Virus record (IMG/VR): IMGVR_UViG_3300005099_000066
Location: 12,949 to 76,948 of that record
DNA from: a virus
Length of the DNA stretch: 64,000 bases
Direction: 5' to 3' (one strand)
In this document: piece by piece, positions 10,129 through 20,647 of the stretch
Position numbering within the stretch: position 1 is the stretch's first letter
Layout: every line of letters begins with the position of its first letter
The notes under the pieces: model-generated
Told to the model about the DNA's origin: nothing
The model's database searches: none
Seen by the model: the letters and a program-made list of their open reading frames with translations, nothing else
Program-made: the position numbers and the translations under genes

Positions 10129-11030
10129 TAAAAGGTGAATAAAATACAAAACCTTTGGTGGGGTGAAATTTAATCAATTCCAAACCAGAATAGTATGGAA
10201 ATATATATTCAAGTATTTTGCCATGTAAATCAGCAGGGTCTTTATCTTCAGGTAGCAAAGCAACAAAGACATCATTTATAAATGACTGAAGTTTCCTGCA
10301 TAATTCAAAAGCCTCTTTTTGAGCATCCCCATCTAAAGCAACAACAACAGTTTCAGGAGAGTAACAGTTCTAACAACTGTTTGTGTGTAATTGTTTTTGA
10401 TAATAGAGCAACTGACGGACAATTGTATTCTTTGTATACTGATAAAGCATCCATAATTCCTTCAGTAATAAAAAGAGGTTTTCCCAATCCAAGTGAAGTA
10501 ATGGAAAATTTGAAGAGAGGTTTTTTCACTCCAGATGGATTCAGAAAGTCATGTTTACCTACTTTTCTTAAAACATAATAATCCATATCACCTGCCCATG
10601 TATAGGATTTAAACATAAGCCATATATCAGAATTTGTTTTGTTAACAACTATGCTGTAAAATTCCCTTGGGATTTTTGTTTTTAAATCTTCAATAGATAT
10701 TCCAAGTCTCATAGCTAAATACATTTCAGAAATCAATTGTGCTTGTCCTGCTACTTTCTGATAACCATTTGGAAAACTTAACTTGACTTCTTCAACTTCT
10801 TCTACTTTTTCGAAATCAACTATTTTTGAAGAAACAGACATAATTGTCTGAACATAGTGTTTGGGCAAAATGGACAAACTTCCTGATTTACCACATCTGA
10901 AACAATGAAAGACTCCTTTTCGAGGATTCACATACAGATGATATTTTGAGTCAGGAGGCTTTCCTATTTCAACACAGAAGGGACAATTGAATCTTATTTC
11001 TCCTGACGAAGTCAATTTAAAATTAACCAA
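10106..11030 (-). CDS. DNA primase (Zn finger + TOPRIM), split by a +1 frameshift near 10355
   Basis: CPFC...HCFRC zinc finger and ITEGIMDAL in 10353..11030; VVVALDGDA and LPEDKDPAD in the +1 frame (10357 to stop at 10106). TTG start after AGGAGG. Confidence 0.85.
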
Positions 11031-11121
11031 AGTTCAAACCTCCTCTGTTTTATTAGATAGTAATTACAGCCTATTTTTTGTTTTGGCATCAGTTGAAGAT
11101 AGAATTGAAAATTCGCTCCGC

Positions 11122-11219
11122 GAATATATAATATAATATCTCTGATATTATATTATATATTCCGTAAAGTAATAATATATAATATTATTACTTTGCGAAA
11201 TTATTATATTATATAATTT
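11122..11219. repeat. Cluster of three adjacent AT-rich inverted repeats (candidate origin/cruciform)
   Basis: Perfect 19-bp arms 11122-11140/11144-11162; 16-bp arms 11163-11178/11182-11197 (1 mismatch); 7-bp arms within 11198-11219. Lies in the divergent intergenic gap. Confidence 0.75.
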
Positions 11220-11283
11220 ACATATTATAAAAACTTTATATAGGACAGCTCAGCAAATCTTTTTCTATTTTTCAGTTTGCTTT

Positions 11284-11341
11284 CAATTTTTGATAAAATC
11301 GAATCTAATATAATAGAGATGGAAATAAAAAAGGAGGTAAA
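11284..11341 (+). promoter_or_regulatory. Repeated promoter+RBS cassette, copy 1
   Basis: CAATTTTTGATAAAATCGAATCTAATATAATAGAGATGGAAATAAAAAAGGAGGTAAA; contains TATAAT and AGGAGG. Confidence 0.8.
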
Positions 11342-11349
11342 ATGAGACA

Positions 11350-11751
11350 ATGAAAAATATTTTTATTGTCCATAGGTGTTTGATGTGTGGTGAATGTTGC
11401 AAAAAATCCAGAGTTCATATGACGGAAGAAGAATTCAAAAAAGTTCCAAAGAGATTTCATTTTCTTTTTCACAAAGTATATGTGAAAAGTAAGGATGTTA
11501 TTTTGTATAAAGTAAAAGTTCGGGATATGGAAACGGGAGAGTTAATTGCTTGGAATTCATTTTTAGAGGTTATGGATGATAAATATGTTTGTGGGGCTTT
11601 GATGAATGATGGAAAATGTTTTCTTCATCCTTACAAGCCTCAGATTTGTAAAGATATTTGGTGCAAGAAATCTGAAATAAGCATTTTTAAGTTTGTTTTA
11701 GAAAAGTTGAGGAGGGTTAAAAGATGGATAAAAAGAAAAAAGATTGGGTAA
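11350..11751 (+). CDS. YkgJ-family (CxxCxxCC) cysteine-cluster protein
   Basis: CLMCGECC...CGAL...CFLHPYKPQIC. Confidence 0.75.
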   Translation: MKNIFIVHRCLMCGECCKKSRVHMTEEEFKKVPKRFHFLFHKVYVKSKDVILYKVKVRDMETGELIAWNSFLEVMDDKYVCGALMNDGKCFLHPYKPQICKDIWCKKSEISIFKFVLEKLRRVKRWIKRKKIG

Positions 11752-11945
11752 GTGTGTGGGTAGATGCAATTGGGGAAATGGGAGAAATCTCTTCTTCAGG
11801 TAATTACTCGTGTTATGTTGTTTCTCTTAATCTCGGACATTTCAGAAGTATGGTGGAAAAATCTGATATATCTGCAAGAAATAAGAAAAAGATTTTGGAT
11901 TTGTTGGATGAAATAGAAATTATTTTAGAAGGGGAATTGAAATAA
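11724..11945 (+). CDS. Hypothetical protein
   Basis: 73 aa, RBS GGAGG. Confidence 0.5.
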   Translation: MDKKKKDWVSVWVDAIGEMGEISSSGNYSCYVVSLNLGHFRSMVEKSDISARNKKKILDLLDEIEIILEGELK

Positions 11946-11965
11946 GTGATGAAAGGAGGTGTAAA

Positions 11966-12166
11966 ATGAAAAAGAAAGAATTTGTCCAGCACGGGTGTAA
12001 AATCCGTGTTGAACGCACATCGCAAGGGGCTTTAAAGTATTTCTATTTCTGTGCAAAATGCGGGCGTTCGATTAAAGAAGCAAAATTTTTGAGTGAAAAG
12101 GGGTATTATGAGAGAATAACTACATATAAATGCCCATGTGGAAATATATACCGAATATATTCATAA
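11966..12166 (+). CDS. Small zinc-ribbon protein
   Basis: CAKCG...CPCG; AGGAGGT RBS. Confidence 0.55.
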   Translation: MKKKEFVQHGCKIRVERTSQGALKYFYFCAKCGRSIKEAKFLSEKGYYERITTYKCPCGNIYRIYS

Positions 12167-12207
12167 TTTCATTTCTTTTGCAAATAATAAAAAGGAGGTG
12201 TAAATAT

Positions 12208-12651
12208 ATGAATCCTTTGAAAAAATGGTATGTTGAGTTTGCTGTAAAAAGGATGAAGATATTGAAGAAGTATAATCTCAAGACAGCATACGATGTAGCA
12301 AATTTTTTCATTAAGAGCAATCTAATGGAGAAAGAACCTGATTTTTGCCCTCTATTTAAGTCAGGTAAAAAATGCCATGATATTCCTGATGATGAATTGA
12401 ATTGTTTCTTTTGTGCTTGTCCATACTATGATTTTGATAAATGGGATGAGGATAAGAAGGAATTTGGAGGATGTTTAGTTCATTCTAAAATTGGATTCAG
12501 AAACGAGTATGGTTATTGGGACTGTTCGGAATGTGTTGCTGTTCATAGGAAAGTTTTTGTTAAAACAATTCTTGAAACTAATTCAGAATTTCTAAAACAA
12601 TTGATAAAGGAAGCTGAAGAGTTTAAAAGAAAGAAATCTGAGAAAAATTGA
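12208..12651 (+). CDS. Cysteine-rich small domain (zf-like) protein
   Basis: FCPLF...CH...LNCFFCACPYY...WDCSECVAVH; ATG 12208 after AGGAGGTG. Confidence 0.7.
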   Translation: MNPLKKWYVEFAVKRMKILKKYNLKTAYDVANFFIKSNLMEKEPDFCPLFKSGKKCHDIPDDELNCFFCACPYYDFDKWDEDKKEFGGCLVHSKIGFRNEYGYWDCSECVAVHRKVFVKTILETNSEFLKQLIKEAEEFKRKKSEKN

Positions 12652-12676
12652 TTTACTGGAAATGGAGTGTTGATTT

Positions 12677-13318
12677 ATGCCAAGTGAAGGTAATATTAGA
12701 ATTTTGTTTGTTGGAGATTTACACATTGTTGACCATCAGGATATGTTTAATTGGATTGATGTGTTTGAAGAATTGTATAGTAGGGCAAAATTTGATTTTA
12801 TGATTTTGCTTGGGGATATGGAATTTCCAGAAGTTCCTTCATTTTCGTTTCCCTGGGGATACATATACGGTAATCATGATAATTTGGGTATTCTTTACAG
12901 TAGCAATGGTGTAAATTTACATAGAAATGTATATGAAGTTAATGGAGTAAAAATAGCAGGGCTTGGTGGGAATTTTCAGATGAAGGCATGGAACGAGATA
13001 AATAATATTGAAGAATGGATAAAGAAGTATGGTGGAACGGGCAGAAGGGAACATGCTCTTTTTAGAGATGATGTCGAGTTTCTTTTATGTTTTAAATATG
13101 ATATTCTTGTTTCTCATGATGCCCCGTCGAACTTTTTGAATTATGAAAATCAAAATCCAGCTATGGACAGACTTTTGAAAGAAAATCCTCCGAAACTATT
13201 TGTTGTTCATGGTCATTTCCATATTCCGCTTTATTATCAGAAATTTGGTGTTGATATTTATTCAGTGGGAATAAGGCAATATTTTATAAAGGAGGTAAAG
13301 AAATGGACTGGAGCATAG
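12677..13318 (+). CDS. Metallophosphoesterase (calcineurin-like)
   Basis: GDLH, LGD, GNHD, SHDAP and HGHFH motifs. Confidence 0.9.
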   Translation: MPSEGNIRILFVGDLHIVDHQDMFNWIDVFEELYSRAKFDFMILLGDMEFPEVPSFSFPWGYIYGNHDNLGILYSSNGVNLHRNVYEVNGVKIAGLGGNFQMKAWNEINNIEEWIKKYGGTGRREHALFRDDVEFLLCFKYDILVSHDAPSNFLNYENQNPAMDRLLKENPPKLFVVHGHFHIPLYYQKFGVDIYSVGIRQYFIKEVKKWTGA

Positions 13319-14035
13319 ATGCGTTTTTCTTTGCTCAATTTGATTTTAGTGAGTGCATTTACTTGTTTGATGTTAGCAAGTTAGATGATAGAGTGTTAGA
13401 AGAACTGGAGAAATATTTGAGTAAAAAGAATAATGAAGAAGTTTATCTTGATGATTCAAGTTGGCTGGCTTTGATACCAAAGAGTTGGGAAACACCTGTT
13501 TTTATGGAAGAAGGCACAGCATTTGGTTGTTGTAGTGTTAGAAGATATGAGTATAATGACAAATTTGATATTGTAATTGGTTTTCATTCTTAAAGGAGGT
13601 GTATTTAAAATGATTATGGTCAAAGCAGAAATTAAAGATGATAGGGCAAGTTGGATAGAAGAATTTGAAGTGGAATCAATAGAAACAGCTGAACAGGAAA
13701 TTAAGAAAATAATTGCAAATTTTAATGCTACTTTGCGTTCTTATGAACGTCCCCGTGAATTTGTTCGTTTGATAGTGGAATATGATAGTAGCCTTCTTAA
13801 AGAGTATTGTAAAAAGGTTTTGCGAATGTTTGCTCGTGAAGTTAATAATGCATATGGAAATATGAAAGTAAAAGAAAATTATAGCAGATGGAGAAAAGTC
13901 ATTAACAATTTTCTTTCTTTAAAAAGACCAAACAGGTGTTCTTATCAAAAATTACTTGATGTGATATGGGAATTTCCGTCGGAGTTCAGGGATGAGAGAG
14001 CCATAGAATATATTGAAGGAAAAGCAAAGAGCTGA
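13303..14035 (+). CDS. Two hypothetical proteins (13303-13593, 13610-14035)
   Basis: ORFs with strong AGGAGGT RBS; no recognisable motifs. Confidence 0.5.
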
Positions 14036-14112
14036 AAAGATTGAAATTGTCAAGAATTGAGATAATGCAAAAAATTAAATATGAATATGGTAAGAATAGA
14101 AATTATTCGATA

Positions 14113-14185
14113 ATGTGTGGAAATTTTCCAATTTTTGATAAAATCGAATCTAATATAATAGAGATGGAAATAAAAAGGAGGTAAA
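14113..14185 (+). promoter_or_regulatory. Repeated promoter+RBS cassette, copy 2
   Basis: 73 bp identical to 47939-48011, directly upstream of ATG 14187. Confidence 0.85.
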
Positions 14186-14186
14186 G

Positions 14187-14600
14187 ATGAAAGTAAAATT
14201 CGAAAAATATAAAACAAATGTAAGCTTGAACTACAACAAAAACACAATAGAAATAGAAGAATACTATGCTCTAAAAGTAAATGATGGATTAGCTTATTAT
14301 TCGAGTGAAAGGGCGTTTTCATTGCTGCCTGGAATTTTGTCGCTTTTTGAAAGCTATATAGATGAAGCTGGTGTGCCTGGATTTTCGAGTGTGTCGAGGA
14401 AGGATGATAGTATTGTTATAAAGTGTTCTCTTCTGGTTAATGAAAGGGTTATGGCTGATTTTTCATACAATAGCAATGATATTGATGATTTTGTGAAATT
14501 CAAAATAGCTATAAAGGATGTTATAAAGAAATGTGAGGAGGATATCAGAACTGCTTTGACAATTGAAAAACTTATGAGAAAAAGGGAGAAGAAAGAATGA
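14187..14600 (+). CDS. Hypothetical early protein
   Basis: 137 aa directly behind cassette copy 2. Confidence 0.6.
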   Translation: MKVKFEKYKTNVSLNYNKNTIEIEEYYALKVNDGLAYYSSERAFSLLPGILSLFESYIDEAGVPGFSSVSRKDDSIVIKCSLLVNERVMADFSYNSNDIDDFVKFKIAIKDVIKKCEEDIRTALTIEKLMRKREKKE

Positions 14601-14769
14601 AAAAGACTTTCATTCCTTTTCTTCTTGCTTCAGCATGGTCTGAAATATATGAAAGATTACATAAAAATAAAAGATTTTCTTTTCGTTCTGAAAATTATTT
14701 GAATTATGTTCGTTCGATAAAGCCAAAGAGGGGAAGAAAACATAAGAAGTCAAAAAGGAGGAAATAAAA

Positions 14770-15267
14770 GTGGTAGAAGAAATTGGGAAAGTTATGTCTA
14801 TAATTTCCTCTTTGAGAGAGAACCACAAAAATAAGCCTATTGGTGATTTTTTGATTTGGTGGAGGGACTCCGATGAAAGGAAAACTTTGAGAGAGTTTTT
14901 TCAGAAGATTGCCAATGCTGTTCTTTCGTATTACCATATAAGACATTTGCCTGTTTATATGAGCAAAAAATACAAAATCAAAACACTTGGTCTTACACAC
15001 ATTTCTGACTATTATGCCAAACCAAAATCCATAGTTTTGTTTCCATTCATTTCTGATGTGTATATAGATTATTCTGACAAAAGTTGTTTGGTTGGAAATA
15101 TGTTGACTATTAGAGGTTTTTCTTCTTTGATGAAGACTTTGATTCATGAGTTGGCTCATGTTGTTGAAGTAAAGAAAAGTGGAAATTCGTCTCACAATGT
15201 TTTCTTTCATAAAAGGGAAAAAGAAATTGAAGAATTTGTTAAGAAGGAGTTAAAAGTTCATTTTTAG
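14770..15267 (+). CDS. SprT/zincin-like metalloprotease domain protein
   Basis: TLIHELAH...SSHNVFFH (HExxH plus downstream H). Confidence 0.7.
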   Translation: MVEEIGKVMSIISSLRENHKNKPIGDFLIWWRDSDERKTLREFFQKIANAVLSYYHIRHLPVYMSKKYKIKTLGLTHISDYYAKPKSIVLFPFISDVYIDYSDKSCLVGNMLTIRGFSSLMKTLIHELAHVVEVKKSGNSSHNVFFHKREKEIEEFVKKELKVHF

Positions 15268-15278
15268 GAGGTAGAACA

Positions 15279-18200
15279 ATGATTGAACAATATAGGTATG
15301 TTGTTGAATCTGGTTCGACTCAGTATAGTTATGGTGAATACAGACTTGCTATTATGAAGTTGTTGAATTGTTGGATGAGAAGGAAAGAAGCTAAATTGTG
15401 GAAGCTGGATTATAATGGAAAGAAAGTAGAAAGGCTTGGTGCTGTCTGGAAAGAACAGGGCAGATGGCATTATTATTATGAGGAAGAACCATTGGAGGAG
15501 GATTGAAATGAAAGTAAAAATAGTAAGAAAATGTAATAATTGTGAGGGAAAAGGAACGGTTTATCATAAAACTGAGGGAGGAATCTCTTATGGTTTGATT
15601 TGTCCAATATGTAGTGGAAAAGGCTATGTTGTAGAAGAATATGATGATGTTTACAAAATCACAGTCGCAGATACAGAAAACATCTTTGATGTAATAAAAA
15701 AGGCAATAGAGGAGAAGGAAGAGAATGATTAAATGGATAGTTTCATTTTTCGTTGGGCTTTTTATTTATTGTGGAATTTATCATATTGTTGCTTGGTTAT
15801 TTGACAAAAATCAGAAAATTGCCAAGGCTGTTATTTCAGTTGCGGTGGCAATATTGTTTATAGCTTTGATTGTGAATTTATAAGGAGGTGTAAAGGTGAA
15901 AATTGTAACAATAAAACAGGAGGAAAATGAAAAGTTTTCTCTAAAGAAAACAGTTGAAATTGAAGTTGAAATTGCTGTTATAAGAGAGAAAAATGATAAA
16001 CTGAAAATTGTATATTCTTTATTTGATAAATATGTAGAGTTAATTTTCTCACCTGAAGAGGTGGAGAAGATTTTAGTTCCAAAATTTGTATTTAAAGGAG
16101 GTAGCAAAAAATGATTGGATTGTATTTTATACTGCTTCTTATAATTTTGTCTGTTGTAATTTGTTTGTATTCATACTTGGTTGAGAAAGACTCATGGTCT
16201 TTTAGATTGTTTATAGCTGTGGCAATTGCTCTTCTCAGTATGCTTTTGTCTTTTTTATATCATGACAAAGTATATTGCATTTTGCTGAAAGAACAACTCC
16301 AAAAGAGGTATATTAAATCAGCTACTACTGAATTCAGAGATGGATATGTTGCTTACAAATTGAATATAATAGGTTTGGATATTAAATTGTATGTTTTGCC
16401 AGAGGACACTTTGAAAATTAAACAATTGAATGAAATATTTTCTCCAGAGGAGGTGAATAAATGACAATAAAGAAAGCTGTAATACAACTTTTGAAATCCT
16501 ATCCTCAGAAATATGATAGGACTTTAGGCAGATATTATATTGAGGTTAGTTTGAAAAAACTAACAAGTGATGTTGAATCTCTTTGTAAGAGGTGGGCCAC
16601 GGATGGAACGGTGTCAAGAACATTGAGAGAATTGAGGCAAAAGAATGTGATTTATTACAGAGTTGCTGGAAAGGGAGTCTATCATGTTTATCTTATTGAT
16701 GAATGGGATGTTTGGCTAAAATTGATGTGTAAGTAGTTCTAAAAAGGAGGTGTAATTATGGGTAGAAGAAAAATTCCTTACAGAAAGGAAGTAAAGGAAA
16801 AGGCAAGGAAATTTCTAAAAAATCGTAGAATAAAACCTCTTCGTTGGGGAGAAAATGGTTATGATGATATTGAAGTGTTTGTTGAATTACCAAATGGAGA
16901 AAAAAGATGGATTTATGTTGACCTTGGAAGGAATAGATTAAATATTGATACATATCCACAGTATGCTTGGTTGAAAGATTATATTAAGAAAGATGATAGA
17001 TATGAAGAAAGTTGAAAAATTTATGAATAGAAAATGTAAATCTGATTGGAGGTATACAAAATGAATTGGCAATTTCTTTATAATCTATTTAAAAGAAGTG
17101 AATACAATCCTATAAGCATAGAAAAAATTACAGGGGAAGATAAAACTATATGTGTTGCTATGTTGAAAAGGGACATTCTTACTGCTGAGAAACATCACAA
17201 ATTGTTTGTTCTTTTCTCTAAATCTTATTATGATGCTTTAGTTGAATTGTCTGATAAGGAAATAGAACGAGCTTACAGAACTTATCTTGATTACTTGTTG
17301 AAACTCAATGAATTGAAGAAGATAGCAAACAAACCTTATAAGGAATACTATAAGATAGTAATGGGAAAGGAGTATGTTGAAGAATAGGAGGCATTATTAT
17401 GGCACGTAAATATAAACCTGTTGTTGATTTTGAATTTTTGAAAGAGGATGATAAGTTTGTTTATTTTCGTTTGATTTTTCCGAAGAGTCCAAAAACTTAT
17501 CTGCAAGTTGGAGATTATTTGAAATCTCTAATAAAGATGTATTTTTCTGTAGCTGAAAAGATATTGGGTGTTGAAGAGATATTTGAATGGTTATCTGAAA
17601 ATAAAAAATCAGTTAATGCTATTGCTTTTTATTGGAATGAAAAGACCAGAGATGAGTTTCTCAATCAAATTCCCAAAAAATGGCAAAGGCATTATCAATT
17701 TTTCATATTTGGATTCTTTCCAGAAATTGACAATGAGTTAGAAGATTTTGTTTTGAAAGTCAACAAAAGTGAATTGATAAAGGAGAGAAAAGAAAATGAA
17801 AGTTGCTGATGTTGTTGTAAAAATATTAGCATCTGTTGCGATAGTTTTTGTCTATCTTTGGCTTTGTTCAAAGATAGGAAAATTTTTGTCCATGAGTGAT
17901 AATTATCCTTATCCCCCTTCTGATGACAAGGAGGAAGATGATGAATTATGATAAGATTATTGAATATACAATTTATACTTTGCCTTTGAAGAGAGTAAAC
18001 AAGTTTATGGGAATTCATTTTACAACAAAAGAAGCAGCAGAAAAATGGTTAAAAGAATCAGTATTACAGGATGACCCAGGTTTTGTTACAACACTTTACA
18101 AATTGTATTTGATGGCAAAGCAGGAAAGAGCTAAAGAAGAAAAGAAAATTAAATCAATATCTGAATTTGAAGAAATTTATTTGCCTCAAGTTAAAAAAGA

Positions 18201-18568
18201 GAAAGAAATGAGAATGAAAGAAAAGAATGGTGAGATAGGTAGAATATGGGTAAAAGAAGTGATGAGAATTGTTAAAAACATAATATGTCAAGAGGAGGAA
18301 TAAAATGGAAGAACTCATTAAAGAGTATGGTATAAAAGAAAAAAGAAAAGCTTTAAACTTATACTGGAAATTAGAGTGGTTAAGGCAGTTGTTGAGTAAG
18401 TATTTAGCTTATCAGTGTTATTGTAATGAAGGACAGTCGTATTGGTTGCGTATTGTATGGAATTTTATTTGTGGATATTCGTTAATTGATAGTTTTTATT
18501 ATGACCCACAGACACCCAGTTGGCTCAAGAAAGCTTTAATGAAATTAAAAACAATTGTTTATGTATAG
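15279..18568 (+). other. Array of ~13 small early hypothetical genes, including a DnaJ-type Zn finger (15508-15732), a possible wHTH protein (16461-16736) and small membrane proteins (15725-15883, 16111-16464, ~17796-17951)
   Basis: Contiguous short ORFs with GGAGG RBS; CNNCEGKG...CPICSGKG; TVSRTLRELRQKNVI; hydrophobic helices. Confidence 0.55.
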
Positions 18569-18735
18569 GAGACAAGTATGCATTGTATGATTACTAATCA
18601 TTTACCTTTGAGATTATGGAGTATGTTAGACAGCATAAAAACTTTGAAGAAAGCTCCAAAGTATGATGGCCACACTTCAAAAGATGTTGTCAATTGCTTG
18701 GAAGAGTGGATAAGAAAGCATTTGAAGGGGCAATC

Positions 18736-19146
18736 ATGAGAGAAAGAAAATTTAAGGGTAAAGCTGTTAATGATTATCCTCATTTGAAAATAAAAAGAGG
18801 AGATTGGGTGTTTGGTTATTTGGCGGATGAAGATGTAATAAGTGTTAAGACTTACATGGATGATTACGGTGATTTAAATTGCGTTCTCGTGCAGGTAGAC
18901 CCTGAAACTGTGTGTCAGTATACCGAGTTAAATGATAAGAAAAAGCAAGAAATTTATGAAGGGGACTTGGTAAAGCATTCAGATTATCCAAAAAATATTT
19001 ATGTTGTTGTATGGGAGTATGCGGGTTTTATGTTAAAGTTAATTGGTTCAGATGATTATTTGCTTTGTGCTGATTGGGAATCAGAACTTGAAGTTGTGGG
19101 TAATATTCATGATAATGTTGAAATGTTAGGGATGCAAAATGTTTAG
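18736..19146 (+). CDS. YopX-family phage protein
   Basis: MRERKFKGK...WVFGYL...VDPETVCQYTELNDKKKQEIYEGDLV...LEVVGNIHDN. Confidence 0.9.
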   Translation: MRERKFKGKAVNDYPHLKIKRGDWVFGYLADEDVISVKTYMDDYGDLNCVLVQVDPETVCQYTELNDKKKQEIYEGDLVKHSDYPKNIYVVVWEYAGFMLKLIGSDDYLLCADWESELEVVGNIHDNVEMLGMQNV

Positions 19147-19223
19147 AATTTTGTTACAATTTACAGACTTTTACCCAGTTCAAGAGAGAGCAGTGGAATT
19201 AAGAACAATTCTTTGTATAGAAG

Positions 19224-20009
19224 GTGAGTATGGATTGTATAATTACTAATCTCATTATGTATTATAAGAATGGTATTGGAAATACTATGGTAGCAGGACA
19301 TATAATAGGAGAAATGATTTGCACTGCCATAAAAGATATAATTCCTGATATTGACTACTCCCTTGGTTGGGCAGAAGCTGGTATAGATACTATTTGTTTC
19401 TGGAGTAACAGTCATCAAGTATTTACTTCTAATTATGAGAATAAGGTAAGATTTGAAGAACTCATTATAGAAGTTTTCCCAGAACTCGAATACAATATAG
19501 ATACTCCATTTGGCATTTACTTGGATAAGGATGAAGCTGAACAAATCAAAAACAAACTTTGTGAACTTAAAAATATGGGTAAGGATGAAAGTGGAACTGA
19601 TTTTGTGGATTTAAATGGAGAAACAGAAACAACAATAATGGGAAGAATAAGTTTTAGAGCACTGGCTCCTGTATTGAAAGGAAAAGACAAGGGTAAGCTA
19701 AAATGGTTTTACAATATTCTAACGGATGGAAGTGCGGTTTATATATACGCACCAAATATGGGAATTCAGCCTTTAAAGGATGTAAAAGCTCTTTGTCGTT
19801 CTGTTAATTATTGGGATAAAAATGATGTTGAAATTTATGAAGGGGACATTCTCAAAACTAATATTGATTATATGCCAACTTATGTAGTCAAAAGTGTGGA
19901 ACAGTTTTGGGTGGATAGAGGACTTTGCGAAGATTTTGAATTTGCGGAGTTAGAAGTAATTGGTAATATTTTTGAATCTGAATTGAACAAACAAGAGGAG
20001 GAATCATGA
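19224..20009 (+). CDS. Protein with C-terminal YopX-like domain
   Basis: DKNDVEIYEGDIL...LEVIGNIFE. Confidence 0.7.
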   Translation: MSMDCIITNLIMYYKNGIGNTMVAGHIIGEMICTAIKDIIPDIDYSLGWAEAGIDTICFWSNSHQVFTSNYENKVRFEELIIEVFPELEYNIDTPFGIYLDKDEAEQIKNKLCELKNMGKDESGTDFVDLNGETETTIMGRISFRALAPVLKGKDKGKLKWFYNILTDGSAVYIYAPNMGIQPLKDVKALCRSVNYWDKNDVEIYEGDILKTNIDYMPTYVVKSVEQFWVDRGLCEDFEFAELEVIGNIFESELNKQEEES

Positions 20010-20572
20010 TGTCAATGAGAAAAATTATTTTTGCTTATGTAATGGAAATTTTGTTGTTTGTCTCTGCGTTTGGAATTTATAAACATATCAATGAGTATAA
20101 AATTTTAAAATCCAGAGTCCAGGTTCTTCAGATGTATTATGAAAAGTCACAGAGCAGACAGAGGACTATTCGTGAAATATCTAATAGCATAGAGAAATTC
20201 AATTCCAATTTGACCAATCCAGAGTTGCTTTCATATTCAGTTGCTGTTTATTATATTTCGAAACAGTTGAATCTTGATTATAGAATTATTGTTTCTCTTG
20301 GGGGTGTTGAATCAAGATGGAATCCAACTGCGAAGTCATCTTATGGAGCAATAGGTGTTATGCAAGTTGCTCATCATGTTTGGAGGAAGTATTTTGGTTT
20401 TAGAAAGATTGAATTATACAATCCAATCAGAAACATTTATTTTGGCAGTATGATTTTCAAATATTATCTTGATGAGTCAAATGGAAATATAAGAGATGCT
20501 TTGAGAAAGTATTCTGGAGGAACTCAGAGGGAAGTTTATTATGAAATTGTTTTATCTTCTTGTGAGAATTGA
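20006..20572 (+). CDS. Membrane-anchored lytic transglycosylase (SLT domain)
   Basis: N-terminal TM helix; VESRWNPTAKSSYGAIGVMQV, NPIRNIYFG, ALRKYSGG. Confidence 0.9.
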   Translation: MMSMRKIIFAYVMEILLFVSAFGIYKHINEYKILKSRVQVLQMYYEKSQSRQRTIREISNSIEKFNSNLTNPELLSYSVAVYYISKQLNLDYRIIVSLGGVESRWNPTAKSSYGAIGVMQVAHHVWRKYFGFRKIELYNPIRNIYFGSMIFKYYLDESNGNIRDALRKYSGGTQREVYYEIVLSSCEN

Positions 20573-20582
20573 TGGAATTGTG

Positions 20583-20616
20583 ATTTTTGATAAAATCGAA
20601 TCTAATATAATAGAGA
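20583..20616 (+). promoter_or_regulatory. Repeated promoter cassette core, copy 3
   Basis: ATTTTTGATAAAATCGAATCTAATATAATAGAGA identical to the other copies. Confidence 0.8.
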
Positions 20617-20647
20617 AGAAAAGCAAAGTTAATAAGGAGGTGTTATT

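Noticed and set aside
10308-10355. TGA read-through or alternative genetic code explaining the primase stop
   Set aside because: The in-frame continuation (NCCCCFRWGCSKRGF*) lacks TOPRIM motifs, which lie in the +1 frame; TAA, TAG and TGA all end genes elsewhere.
14050-14322. Minus-strand ORFs 14050..14322 and 47976..48218
   Set aside because: Antisense shadows across the promoter cassette and real genes; no RBS, Phe/Leu/Ser-biased.
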